This document shows, piece after piece, positions 12,301 through 25,141 of a stretch of DNA of 64,000 nt. A program made the position numbers and the translations under genes. Under the pieces are notes generated by a model that ran no database searches, was not told where the DNA came from, and saw nothing but the letters and a program-made list of their open reading frames with translations. The DNA is from Ancylonema sp. (Eukaryota): positions 62,001 to 126,000 of the forward strand of contig JBFLGF010000003.1 in NCBI GenBank assembly GCA_050230475.1. Direction: 5' to 3'. Within the stretch, counting starts at the first letter, position 1, and every line of letters begins with the position of its first letter.

Positions 12301-13364
12301 GGCAGGAGTGTATGCACATGGAGGAGAGGCGGAGCAGGAGGTGTTTGTGAAAAAAACCATTGCAGCGACCAACCAATGCAGTGTGGTGTGACACCTGCGT
12401 CTCCTCACCAGGCCGAGCTCGTGATCCTCCAGGAGAAGCACTTTGAGCCCGTTCGGCAAAACCACCTACAAGCCCAAGGCAGGCACCACCCAGACGGAAA
12501 TGTCGGCCCCTTGTCCAATTGAACACTTATGGTTGAGTTCGAAGTAGGATGTCGAAGCAGGAGCGAGGCACGCTTTGGTTCCTCCCCCGCGCTTGCCCCC
12601 GTCACAGCAGCTAAGCCCACCTGCGCTCGATGCAGACAGAGGCCGGGGTCAGATGCAGTTTTCTTGGCAGAGAGAGGAGGTGGTACCTTATCGATCGGAT
12701 CGGACATGCCTCCGCCTTTCACCAAAATCTGGCCTCCGACCTTGGATACCACACACAAGAGTCCCGGTAAGGGCTCAGTGAATGGGTGAATGGGTGAATG
12801 GGTGAATGCAAGCTGCGGCAGGACTCAGACAGGCTGGGAATGGCAGTGCGATGGTAGGAGTGGATGCACATGGAGGAGAGGCGGAGCAGGAGGCATTTGG
12901 GAAAAAAGAATGCAGCGACCAAGCAATGCAGTGTCTTGTGCCAATGTCTCCTCACCAGGCCAAGCTCGTGGTCCTCCAGGAGCAGCACTTTGAGGCCGTT
13001 CGGCAGAACCACCTACGTGGCCAAGGCACACTTATGGTTGAGTTCGAAGAGGGATGTCGAAGCAGGAGCGAGGCACGCTTTGGTACCTTTTTGTAATCTG
13101 GAAGTTTCAGATCCAAGAATCGGCGGAGATCCTAGCTCCACTTTTTCTCCGCCATGTAGGGAGGCCACCGGCTCTGCAGCAATGCTGTTGCAAGAACGCG
13201 AATCCAATCGGTGACCACGTGTCAATCCAAGTTCCCGATACTTCTAGTAGTAGTGCGTAGTGCATGGCGCAACTCCACCTCCGTACAGATCCACATTCAT
13301 TTCTGTCACATTGGGCGCTTCTCAAAGAAAGGCTCCCAAGAAATTCCGTCGTTTCGCTCACCAT
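9396..13364 (-). CDS. M16 (insulinase/pitrilysin) family protein of bacterial type lacking HXXEH; multi-exon, 5' exons duplicated, start unresolved
   Basis: Exons translate to DLKLPDYKK/VVLPNGLKVLLLEDHELGL/VGGQILVKGGGMSDPIDK/VGLASVTGAVQRGGGTT, RELPKLLYGAGSPYAR, FGGRLFNE/VRSRDGLAYSV, LNSFVFNF and DDVLRVAKRHLHPDK. Confidence 0.85.
10595..10705. repeat. (ACAT/ATAC)n microsatellite in an intron
   Basis: Directly visible. Confidence 0.9.
11842..11942. repeat. Perfect (AAGCTTAG)n octamer array, about 12 units, in an intron of the M16 gene
   Basis: Directly visible. Confidence 0.97.
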
Positions 13365-14226
13365 GGAAGTGGTTGCAGCAAAATCGCAGTCGCGGAAATT
13401 AAAAGGACCTTGTTTGTCCCCGCTGAGACCAAACTTTGCAGACGACCGCCCATCGATCCAGGTAGAAGCTTCAACGCATTTAATAAATAAATACTGATGT
13501 CTTCATATAATTTTTCCGCGCACAAGGATGGGGGCTGGTTGATCAAGCGAGGAGCCTGCCTTTGAGGCTCCCATCTCTGTCTCTGTGTCCTCATGTGACA
13601 GCTCAGGCATATTTTCGACAATTGCGAGCAAAACGTTTTGCGCCGAGAAGGAATGTGGCTTGGGATTTTTATATCCCTCTTTGGAAGCAGACGGGCTGCA
13701 GCTGGCTTCGCCTGTTGGCAATCCCAGACACTTCTTGAGGGTGGTAGAGAAATTTCAAATGCTAGTGAGGAAAACATAATGCACAGCCACACCAGAGCGT
13801 CAACAGCTTTTTCCGTACACACCACACGGAGCGCAAGCGTGAGCTGGGACGAATGGATGAAGTCTAATTTCACTTTCTGGTATCTGCTCTGGTCTGTATT
13901 TCCTGTTCTCCTGGTCCAGCCTCGTGCCTCGTCTCTGTAAAACAAATGGACAAAAGAAGAGGATTATTGTGCATAGCAAATATTCGTTATAACTAGATCG
14001 AGAGGGGATGGGGAAGGGGGGGTTGGCATAGGATATTGTTTAGATACACGAGTCTTGTTTAGAAGTGAAATTTTATGGCGTCGCGTCATCCCACTCCCGC
14101 AATACACATCTCATATCGAACCCACCAACCTCCTTCTGTCAGTCGAATAACCGTGTCGACCCGAGTTTGACCTACCCCGAATCCGATGAGTCCACAACGT
14201 TGACCTCCCACCGGCACCACCCACCA

Positions 14227-15699
14227 TATTAGGACCACTCCCTATAGTCACTAGTGCTTCTGTAGTGAGTGCTCCTATCCCGCACTAGTGTGCTTTTAGC
14301 CTAGTGTGCTTATATTGAATGCTACTAGTTCTCCCACATGAGTGTTCTTTTAGTTCACTTTCAGTTCCCTTTATATAGCACATAGGAACGACCTCATGGC
14401 TGTTCCTAACAACTCATGTAATCATCCTACACATAGTACTACCATTTCCTATTTAGTGCTTGTGTTGATACTTGTCTATCCCTATCATATCAAGCATCCT
14501 TACACTTTGTTAGGAAACTCAAATCGAGGTTCTTGCTCTTCAGAATTCGTTGTTTCAATGGCAAATTTTGATGCAGAATTGGATGCACATGCTCTTCCCA
14601 TTCCGGACCTTACCCGCATGGCCTTTTAAGAGTATCAGTTCCAATATTTACATGCATAAATCACACATTTACGTGGTGTGGTCAATCAACCCCCCCCTCC
14701 TCCTCCTCCTCCTCACCAACCATTCCGTCCTAATCTGAACCTCCCACCACCTCATAACTTTTATGCGACTCCTAGTGAGCTACCTACCTTCAAGCTTAAA
14801 CTTTTTTAGTTCCTAATGGGTAATCACAACACCTATCAAGATTCTAAGAGTCAGATTATGTGTGCGGGTAGTCATTCCCCGCATCCCCGAGATGCTGGAC
14901 AGCCTGAACCACGCAAAGGTCTTCACCAAGTTAGATCTGCGTAACGCATACCACCAGGTGCGGGTCAGGGCAGGGGATGAGTGGAAAACTGCATTCAGGT
15001 GTAGTGAGGGGCATTTTGAGTACATCGTCTGCCCGCAGGGGCCTACCAACGCTCCAGCGATGTTCCAGGCCTTCATGCACGACATCCTCCGAGAGCACCT
15101 CGACATATTCTGTGTGGGCATCCTGGACGACGTCATCGTCAACTCGGCGAACCCTGAAGAGCATGTCAAGCATGTCCGCACCATCTTGGCGGTCCTGAGC
15201 CTGCATAAGCTCTACGCCAAGACCCAGAAGTGTCAGTTTGATAAGGAGGAGATGACATTCGTCGTGTTCCTCGTCTCAAAATCAGGGATTGGGATGGATC
15301 CGGCGAAGGTGGCTGCTATCATGGATTGGCCTACTCCCAAATCTGTCAAGGAGGTCCAATCCTTCCTGGGGTTCTCCAACTTCTACAAGAAATTCATTGA
15401 CCACTACAGCACCCTCACCTCCCCCCTCACTTCTCTCACCCGCAAGGGCGTCCGCTTCCTCTGATCGCCAACAGCACATGCAACTTTCCGGCTACTCCAG
15501 CGGGCCTTCACTTCTGCTCCGATTTTGCAACACTTCCAACCCGATCTGCCCATCACGGTGGAGGCGGACGCGTTCGACTTCGCCTTGGGCTGCATCTTGT
15601 CCCAGCAGAACAACAATGGCGAGCTACATCCTTTCTGCTACCACTCCCGGAAGTTCAGCCCTGCAGAACTCAACTATCCGATCTACAACAAGGAGTTGT
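14227..15699 (+). mobile_element. Ty3/Gypsy chromovirus-type element A: 5' LTR 14227-14504, gag start, internal deletion, RT and partial RNase H
   Basis: LTR t(a)ttaggaccactccc...ccttaca. [15 protein letters not shown]...EWKTAF...[10 protein letters not shown]...ILDD; RNase H EADAFDFALGCILSQ...ELNYPIYNKEL, cut by element B. Confidence 0.9.
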
Positions 15700-18600
15700 T
15701 GTAAGGGCTCGATAGAATATAAGCGCCATTGCTTTAGTGCAAGCAATACATACACATTAGTGCAAAAGAGGGAATAGTGAATAAGCACTAATGATGGTGT
15801 AATACATGAATTTTTAGGAGCAAATGGAATGTAGCGCCTAACGCTTATTTATACTTATGAACACTACTAGAATATGGAATAACTAGGCTCGCACTAGAAG
15901 ACAAAACAAGTACTACTCACTAGAGGCACAACTGAACACAACACTAGAAGCACACTAGTGCGGGTCAGGCACACTCACTAGAGAAGCACTAGGGACTATA
16001 GGGAGTGGTCCTAACAGTACCCCCCCGTTAAATCGAGTAGACGAGACTACGGCTACGAGAACAAAATCTAAGAAAAAATGAAAAACAAAAAATATCGCGT
16101 CATATCTGAAAACAACAAATTTCTAGATATTATGAAAAATAATCTTTAAAAACACATTCAAATACAATGTTCCGAGAATATCGGAAGGATCTATCTAAAA
16201 ATGCGGCTAAGCCCGAGGACGTGGCTTAGCGGGAAACATGATATGAAAATCAGCAATGGCCCGAGTCGCGTTGGCCAGGTTCTCCACAGGCTCTCACGAC
16301 ATGTCTGATTGGCTGTAGCCCACCCAATCCACCTTGCACTAAAGTTTGCGGCGAATAAACTGAGAATCCACGATGAGACGCACCTCAAGCTCAGGAGAGC
16401 CATACACCTGGGTAGGAAGTGGGGGGGGCACAACGCGGTCCGGGGACGTGTTCGCCACATGCGGTTCCAGGAGACTAACATGGAACACTGGATGGATGTG
16501 CATGGAGGTAGTCAGAGCCAGGCGATAGGCCGTGGTACCAACCTGGCCAATGACAGCGTAGGGGCCAAGTCGACGAACATCCAGTTTGGATGAGGGTCGC
16601 GTCGTTTTGATGTGACGATGCAGGAGCCACACTTTCTGTCCAGGGATCAGGTTTGGAGCAGGTCGGCGACGCCGATTGGCCGAAACCTCCATTGCCTTCC
16701 GAGCTTTGAGGAGTTCGACTTGTAGAATCTCCTGGGCTTCCTGAAGCCTTTGCACGTACGAATCGGCTGCTTGGGTGCTGGAACTTGGGGATGGGGGAAG
16801 CAGGGACATGCTGGGGTGGAACCCGTAATTGGCGAAGAATGGGGTCAGGGATGTGGCAAAATGTTTGGAATTATTGTAACTGAATTCTGCCATGGGCAGG
16901 AGAGCGGCCCAATCTGTTTGCTGGTAGTCACAGTAGATTCTGAGATACTGTTCCAACACTGAATTTAGACGCTCCGTTTGTCCATCTGTCTCGCGATGGA
17001 ACGCAGACGAACGGTTAGCCTTGAATCCCAGACAGCTCGATGAGTCGACGCCAAAAGTGAGACGTGAAGATAGGATCAAGATCGCTGACGAGGACATCAG
17101 GTAGGCCATGAACCCTGACCACTTCCTGCAGGAATAGCGCCGCGACATCTAGAGCTGGCATGGATTTAGTGGTTGAGACGAAGATAGCTTGCTTGGTCAG
17201 GCGATCCACGATGACCAGAATAGCGTCTTGGTAGTGGCTAGGGGGAAGATCAGTGATCCAGTCGACACAGACACTGGACCGGGTAGGGAGGGAGGGGGGA
17301 AAGTAGACCGAAGGGAGCATGTCGCACCACCTTATTGCGCTAGCACGTGTCGCAACTGCTGACATAGCTCTCCACTGCTGTAGCTAGACCAGGCCATTTG
17401 TAGTGCTGAGAGACCAGAGCCTGAGTACGAGCCACTCCGTAGTGTCCGGCTAGAGGAGAGTCGTGGTACTGCTGGAGGATTTTTAGAATGAGGGCAGATG
17501 AGTGTAGGGGGGATGAGTAGACGGCCCTGGTGGTAGAGTAGGCCCCCTTGGAGAATGAGTTGCGGATCGTCCGACCTACGCGATGGGCTGCCACTTGCAG
17601 TGCGGGGTCTGACTCCCCGCCAGGTCCCCTTTTCAACCTTGCAATGGACAGATATGATGGGATCTCCTGCTTGAGCTGCTGCGATGTCGGGGAGGAGCAG
17701 ATCGTCTGGAAGACGAAGAACGCCCGCGGGAGGTAGGGAGTGTGGAGGAGAGGGGGTAGGGAAGACAGGATGGGAATGGAAGGAAGAGGTGGAGGGAGGT
17801 AGTCTGGTCGCCGGGACAGGGCGTCTGGCTTGCCATTAACCACCTCCTTGCGATAGGTGATGATGTAGTTGTAGGTGGAGAGGGTAGCTGCCCACCGAGC
17901 GTGCCGGCGGGAGGTGGTACGAGCTGTAGAGAAATATTTCAAGTTCTTATGGTCAGTGTAGACACGAACAGGGTGGACAGCACCTTCAACATACACTCTC
18001 CATTGCTTAAACGCCTGAACCACCGCTAACAACTCTATGGGATAGTTTAACTCTACAATTGGTTTAACTCTGCAGGTGTAAACTTGCGAGAGTAAAAGCA
18101 TACAGGATGAAGTGTGCCATCAGAAGAGGGTTGGGCGAGAATGCACCCGAGAGCATAGTCGGCGGCGTCCGCCTCGATTGTCAAAGGTAGGTCAGGTTGG
18201 AAGTGGCGCAGGATTGGAGCAGAGGTGAAGGCTTGTTGGAGGGCGCGGAACTGGCTGGACCAGATGAACTTGACCCCCTTGCGGGTGAGGGAAGTGAGGG
18301 GAGTGGAGAGGGAGGAGTAGTGGAGGATGAACTTGCGGTAGAAGTTTGGCGAAGCCTAGGAAGGACTGGACCTCCTTCACCGACTTGGGACTAGGCCACT
18401 CGAGGATAGCAGAAAATTTTGATGGGTCCATGCGAATGCCTGCTTTCGAAACCATGTATCCCACAAAAGTCATACTGTCTTTGTTGAATTCACACTTCTC
18501 AATTTTTGCATAAAGTTTATGGTCCCACAGGACCTGAAGAATGCTTCAAACATGGGCCACATGCTCGGAGGGAGTGGCAGAAAATACGATAACGTCATCA

Positions 18601-19005
18601 AGGATGCCGACTGCAATTACATCAAGGTACTCACGTAATATATCATTCATAAAATACTGAAACATAGCAGGCGCGTTAGTGGGACCTTGTGGACAGACCT
18701 GGTATTCAAAATGTCCCTCACGACATCTGAAAGCCGTCTTCCATTCATCCCCCTCCCGGACTCGCACTTGGTGGTAGGCGTTGCGCAGGTCAATTTCCGT
18801 GAAGACCTTCGCAAGGTGGAGGCGGTCCAGCATCTCAGGTATGAGAGGTAGGGGGAAGCGATTTTTGACAGTCACTTTGTATAGACCCCTGTAGTCCACC
18901 ACCAGACGCAGCTTGCCATCGGGACGCGGCACGAACATGACTGGAGCTGCAGCAGGAGATTTGGATGGCCGGATGAAGCCATTCGCCAGGTTGTCCTTGA
19001 GGTAA
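15700..19005 (-). mobile_element. Ty3/Gypsy chromovirus element B: RT, RNase H, integrase, chromodomain, PPT and 3' LTR (15700-16016); cut at the N at 19006
   Basis: RT 18546-19005; RNase H YTDHKNL; integrase GHYG, DWITDLP, TDGQTERLN; IHPVFHVSLLEP followed by a chromodomain (VDWVGY...EPVENL); minus-strand purine tract next to a TG...CA LTR. Confidence 0.93.
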
Positions 19006-19006
19006 N

Positions 19007-19400
19007 ATCTCAAGGCCTCTGGAAAATGTGCCTGTAACGCGATTAACGCGTTACAACCACATTACAGCCACACGTTTTCGGTGTACCAAAGATGTGCCTA
19101 CAACGAGTTTTTATTGGACAAGTACAAATTGATATTACCACCCTCATTTAAAAAATGAAGTGGATGACATGCGTCGATTTTTTACCCCAATTCCTTGTCG
19201 ACGTTAGCATGTTTTATGACGTCATATCTCGTTACAAGCATAAAATCGTCCTTTTTTTGGTGCCTACAACGTGGTGTGCCTATAATGAGGACAGCTTGGC
19301 GAGGGAAAGTCAGAACACACGACTTTGGCGCCTGTAACGCGACTGCACCTTTCAGGAGTGTGCTCCCAACGATAATTTACCGAAAACGATTTCCTTCTAG
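19007..19400. mobile_element. Fragments of the pogo/Tc1-like MITE family (related to 21418-21982 and 57840-58195)
   Basis: tgtaacgcgattaacgcgttaca and gtgccta.aacgagt shared with 58105-58190; 19205-19345 aligns with 21810-21945. Confidence 0.7.
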
Positions 19401-20759
19401 AGATGAAACAAACGTTTAGTATAACCAAACGATGGGATTGTCATTTTGGTACAACGAAAAGGTGTCCGATGCCAGTGAACGAATGCCAAGAAACCAATTT
19501 TCGTGTTATCTAACATCGTGCCCTACTCACGAGAGCCACACTATTGTTCAAACGAAAATCATCGTTAAATGTACCACACACGTGCGAAACACTACTTCAG
19601 CACTCGCGTGCAACATGATCTAGTCCAGATCCGCAATACACACATGCAATACAATTAATGGGCGTTACATCACTAGTACTTAGGAAGTGCCAAATGTAAA
19701 TCACTAATCTGCCGACAAGCAAGGTAGTGCCACGGCCTAGACATAGCGTGTCCGAAGCGTTAGATGGTTTGCAAAGGTGTTTGCTTTACGTATCGATGCA
19801 GAATGTTAGATCACACACTCAAACTGCACATTCCCAGTGAAGACAGATGTGCACTTTGACCGAATGAGGCCATAGTGCAGAGTTCACAGATTGTGTATTT
19901 TTAAGCTGCAAAGGATCTAGGAATCGTTACGGCGCCAACATACCGACCAACGTACGAGCATCTTTATTCCTAGCCAAATATTTTGTAACGATGTCATGCG
20001 CATGCGTTATGCATCTGGATACAATCTATGGCTGCCAATGAGCGCCTACTTCCGTACAACTAAGTAGCCGACCTTTGCCGTATTTCGCCAAGTCAGAGCT
20101 CGTGGGGCACAGTGCCGAGCGGCATTGTTGCGTCTTGTAGGGGATTGCCGTAAGGCGGAATAAGTGGCCTCTGCCGCACCTGACACGGCCATGTACCCAA
20201 ACTCCGCAGTTCTTGACCAAGTGCGCGCGCGTACTTCACCGTGCACTGCCAAGTGGCACCGCTACAGATTCCGGACATTCCGCCCGGTCTGGTGGAAAGT
20301 CTAATGATGACTTCCCCTATGACAATAAATGCTACGCTATATCGCAAAACGAAACGTACACGGCTAAGCAGATACACCTGCGCATGCGCCAAACCACTCC
20401 ACAAGCATGCGATCATATATTGTCCGACACAAATAATAATACGGAGGAGACTCAATCACGTACAGATCATTATCAACACACTCTCTATCAACCGAATGAC
20501 AAGCGCACAAAACTCTAAGAAGACCCCACAATCGCCAAGTGGTCCCGAGCTGATACGGTCGTGCGATCAAGAAGTGTAGATAACATAGGCTTTTTAAGCC
20601 TTCAATTGGACTGCCTCTCACATAAAAAAAATCGAGTAAACCCCTCACCTTCGACTCACTAAACTACCCGCCAAATCCTCAAAAAGGTATCGGGGGGCTG
20701 CATTAATTTACTAAATAAATCAATTAATTTCGTCGATTTGGAAACCAAAAGTGATTAAT

Positions 20760-21380
20760 AAGAGAGAATTTTGTATTGTTGAAAAACGACGTGAACCCTA
20801 TCTCATTGCATGCTTGCAAACGACAAATATGTGAGCCGATCGTATCAGACAAAACTAGCAACAATATGCAACTCCGTTAAAGAAAGTGGAGCGCGCAATG
20901 GTGGGGGATGTAAAAAGGCCATGGACGCTTTAGACGTTGGGTTCGAGGGTGCTAGCGACCGTTGTAGTGCAATCGACACCTTCTAACGGAACCATGTGCA
21001 TAACAAGCTAATAGAGGGGCCTGATCCTGCACACTCTCTAGATGCTAACGTTGCACACTCGACCAAAATTCGATCCGACCTGTTGGACAATGCAACGTAA
21101 GTCTCAAAAGCGAAGAGCACAAATTTCGTCCCAAATGCGCGACCTCAATAGTGGGTTTCCTTCCTTCGCTCAGCAACCTTAGCGGCGATGAGATCCTATC
21201 TAGCGGAACGCTCCACCAAATCACGACGCGTAGGGTCCGCAACAACAATGTCGATCAAAGTGTACCATGTCGCAGCATTCGTAATCACTATATCCACATA
21301 CCCTCCGCGCTGCTCAAGTGCCGATGAAGGAAAGAAGCCAGTATCTCCCGATGCGCATATTGGCGCGACTCACGAATGAT
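20760..21380 (-). mobile_element. Decayed 3' fragment of an REL-endonuclease non-LTR retrotransposon (CRE-like)
   Basis: Aligns by eye with 39600-40300 (TLIDIVVA.PT, RSDR.LVECA, RVSIALQRS and the 3' UTR). Confidence 0.8.
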
Positions 21381-21417
21381 GTGGAGAGGATGGATCCTCA
21401 CCTTGGAGTTGGTATTG

Positions 21418-21982
21418 GAGCAAATACTCGTAATGGGTTTACCTTTGGTTCACGGGAAATGTGTGCCTCTAACGTGGTTGTGACTGTAACTTGGACATCG
21501 CGTTACAAGCACATTCGCTAGGGGCCTTGGATCAGATGTGCTTGTAACGAGGGAAACTCAATTTTTTTGCTTTTATAGTTCGTGAACTTCGTCTGCCATG
21601 TCGGTGGTAAAAAATCGCCATGAAATATTGTCTTATTTGTTGATTGGAGTAAATACTTGCAATGGTATCATATTCACTCTGTCGTGCCATCTAGCATCGT
21701 CTACACACACATGTTATGCACCGCTATGACGAATACACACGCACGTGCCACCGCACTAACGAGCACATCGACACGTGTCTCCCACATGTGTGATCACATC
21801 TGTCGCGTGAGCATGTTTCGTGACGTCATAATTCGTTTTAGGTCCAAAATCTCCCTTTTTGGTGTAACGTGATGTGCTAGTATTACGAAGACGATTTGGC
21901 AGGGGAAAGTTGGTATACGCGATTTTGATGCCCGTAACACGACTAAACCTATTACGAGTGTTCCTATAACGAGTATTTACTG
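21418..21982. mobile_element. MITE of about 565 bp with degenerate TIR CAGTAAATACTCGTTATAGG (pogo/Tc1-mariner-like)
   Basis: Left gagcaaatactcgtaatggg and right cctataacgagtatttactg; the left 260 bp is the reverse complement of about 57925-58195. Confidence 0.7.
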
Positions 21983-22446
21983 CAATCCTTTTGTTAATTA
22001 GTTTATCTGCCCTCGCATATACCGGTGGAAAGCAATAAATCCGGTCTGTACGGTCTCCCAAGTCGAGGATGGAGTTCAGCAGTCGCCAATATTCGCCACG
22101 TGCAATCACGCTGAGAAACGCAGTAAGTGCAGAGAATCTAGAAGTGGATGACGGCTAGATCGTTTTGACCGGCTAGGGTCAACCGTGATTCACGGTCCGT
22201 GAATTCTGTATTGCTGAGTTTTGACGGGCTTTCGCCAGAACGAAGTTAAGATTTGGCACCACCGTCCGAGCTGGCGGGATCCAATTAGACAGTGCCAACG
22301 AGGCAAGTGGTCCCCGCCTCCCACCGGCCCCTCTCCGCCACTTCCATGACTTCAGCGCACTCCTTCCCGATGTACGTCGACGGTTATTGCCCTCGACCTC
22401 CCTGTAGTGACTCTACTAATTCGTTTGTTTAGTTGTCACTAAAGCT

Positions 22447-24879
22447 ATGGCTATGGCAGCCAGTATGACTACGGCAACAGGTTGTAATCACTTAGCGCAT
22501 CCGCTTTCGAACTTCCAAGGCTCTTCCACAGACTTCACGAAGCTGCAAACTACGGTGGTTAAGAGGAAATCCCCTTCTCTCCCCGGATGTCGAACTATGT
22601 CTGAAGAAGGTTTCAAGTCAAGTCTAGCCAAGGGCGTGACGTTGAAACCTGATTCTTTCAGTCAACAAGTTGAGAGCTTTGGTCCTCTCTCCAGTCTCAG
22701 GAGACGGAATGGTGCAGTGCGAAGCGTCATGGAGGTGTGAATCAAAACTACAATATTCTCCTTTTTTTTTGTCAACAACCATAGGACCAACCAAAACCAG
22801 TCAAAATAAAGGTGCATGGGGGCCAGAATCTTCAACTTTTCTGTTGCTATTGTAATATGCTAGTTCTGCCGGGATTTTTTTTGGCTACTGTTCTATATCG
22901 TATAAAATATGACTGTATCTCAAGAGTAGTAGCCGTTGAGTCCATGTTCCTCTTCTGCAATAATTCATTGGTCCAATACTCTGTTTGCTTACGCATGTAA
23001 AGTTTCCTTCCAAGTCTGTTCATTTCATTTATGTTCCAGTTTCTCTAATTATTGCCTCATGATACCGTTCGCTACGTCCTTTTGCAAGAAGCGTTGGTAC
23101 CTTCTGTGTTGTAATCCCGTGCCTGTTGCTTCTATCCGCTGCTGGTCAGCCCCCAAGCAAAGAGCGCTCTGATATTTCGGTGAACTTCACGGCATCCCCC
23201 CACGTGGATGCAACACTCTCAACGAGCACCACCAAGTGGTCCGTCGTTCCTGATTTGTGGAAAACGTTGGCCGACCGTCATGGCGACCGTGTGGCCCTGT
23301 CAGACCCTCACAGGGGGGGGCAGGAGCTGACGTTTAAGCAGGTAAGAATAACAACAACGAGCTGATGAAGGCCAGCCGGCTTATGTAATGGCCACCTCCC
23401 CACCCTTGTCGGGCTGCGCAGCTCCACCAAACTATCCTAGAATTTGCAGAGGGGTTGCGAGTGTTCGGACTTCGGCAGGGCGAGTGCTGTGCCCTCTTCT
23501 CTGACAATTCACACCGTTGGATAGTCGCAGATCAAGGTAAGGTCTCACATACAGCTGTAGCGATCGATTGGACGCCCCGGTGCGTTTGCTGATGATGATA
23601 ATCTTTTTGGTTCTGGGCGGTTCCGAGCAGGTATCCTGTCAACCGGTGCTGCGAATGCGGTCAGGGGAGCCAAGGCGCCCACTGCAGAACTCCTCCACAT
23701 CGCCACAAATTCAGATAGGTGGGTGCTATCTGAAAAGGAAGAGCGATAACGACAATGTATTGGTCATGCCTTGATCTCACGCCCCCGCGAAACATTGGTG
23801 AATTCCCCTTGAGTAGCTGACAGTGCCAACGTGGCACTGTCTGATACTGTTTATAACGAGTTCGCACACGTACAGAACAAAGCAAGTAGCTGCCAAACTA
23901 CTACCAAAAAACAGCTACAGTCACCGCGTGCCATTGTCGGGCCTAGGATCCAAAAACACGCACTCTTCTTTCGGAGGCGTGGGAGTGTCCCCAATATTTC
24001 TCCCACACACAGCACAGCACAGCGGCTCACCCAGGCATGGGGCATGGGGCATGGGTTGGCAGCGTGGCTGTGGTGGTGGAGACCGTCGACTTATTGCAGC
24101 GCCTCGCCCCCTCCTTCCAATCCGACACTGCTGTCAAGTTTGCCGTGGTGCTGTGGGGCGGGGAGGGGGCAGAGGTCACCACTCTGGGCCTGCCTTTCCC
24201 CGTCTACACTTACCACGCAGTCCTGGGGTCGGGCAGGACCAGTCGAGCGGCCCTAGCTGCTGCAGATCATCCAGGTCGAGTTGGTGGTGGGGGGGGGCAG
24301 AGGCATCCTCTGTTTCTGTGCTGAGTCGAGTGCTGATGGGTGGGTGCCTGTGGGAATGGTGGTTGATCAGGGGGTGTGCGGGACCCAACCCACATTCGTC
24401 CCGATGACGTGGCAACCCTGGTTTACACTAGCGGGACAGGTGGCAGTCCGAAGGGGGTGCTTCTCACCCACAGCAACCTGTGTGCCCAGGTACTGTGTTC
24501 GCATCGCACCTTAGAGACGGGGGGGGGGGGGGAGAAAGGAGATGGGATGAGGCAGAAAGGTGATGAGGGAGGGATGGCTGGGGTGGGGGGGCAGCTGGAC
24601 CAATTGGAGAGCTGTATCACCCCTCGTCCTGGAGACAGCACGCTGAGTCTGCTGCCCCCGTGGCACATGTACGAGCGCACCACGGAGTACTACGTGCTCA
24701 GTCACGGGGCGAAGCAGGTGTACAGCAGCGTGAAGACGTTCAGAGAGGACCTGGGCACCTACCCTCCCGACTACTTTGTGGCTGTGCCGCTCGTGTTCGA
24801 CAATCTCTACAAGTGAGTCGTGAGAGGCCACGGGTACCCGTTTGTCCACACCTCTGGAGGTGGTCTCAACCCAACCGAA
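22447..24879 (+). pseudogene. 3'-truncated duplicate of the acyl-activating enzyme gene (possibly an assembly duplicate)
   Basis: About 22266-24879 is near-identical to 24961-27574; it ends inside an intron. Confidence 0.8.
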
Positions 24880-25141
24880 ATTGCTTATTGTCGCTAGTTT
24901 TGGCTAGTACGATCGGCCCTCATATTTTTCGTTTTTAGGATGTAGTTTCTTTACAGGCATCCGAGCTGGCGGGATCCAATTAGACAGTGCCAACGAGGCA
25001 AGTGGTCCCCGCCTCCCACCGGCCCCTCTCCGCCTCTTCCATGACTTCAGCGCTCTCCTTCCCGATGTACGTCGACGGTTATTGCCCTCGACCTCCCTGT
25101 AGTGACTCTACTAATTCGTTTGTTTAGTTGTCACTAAAGCT

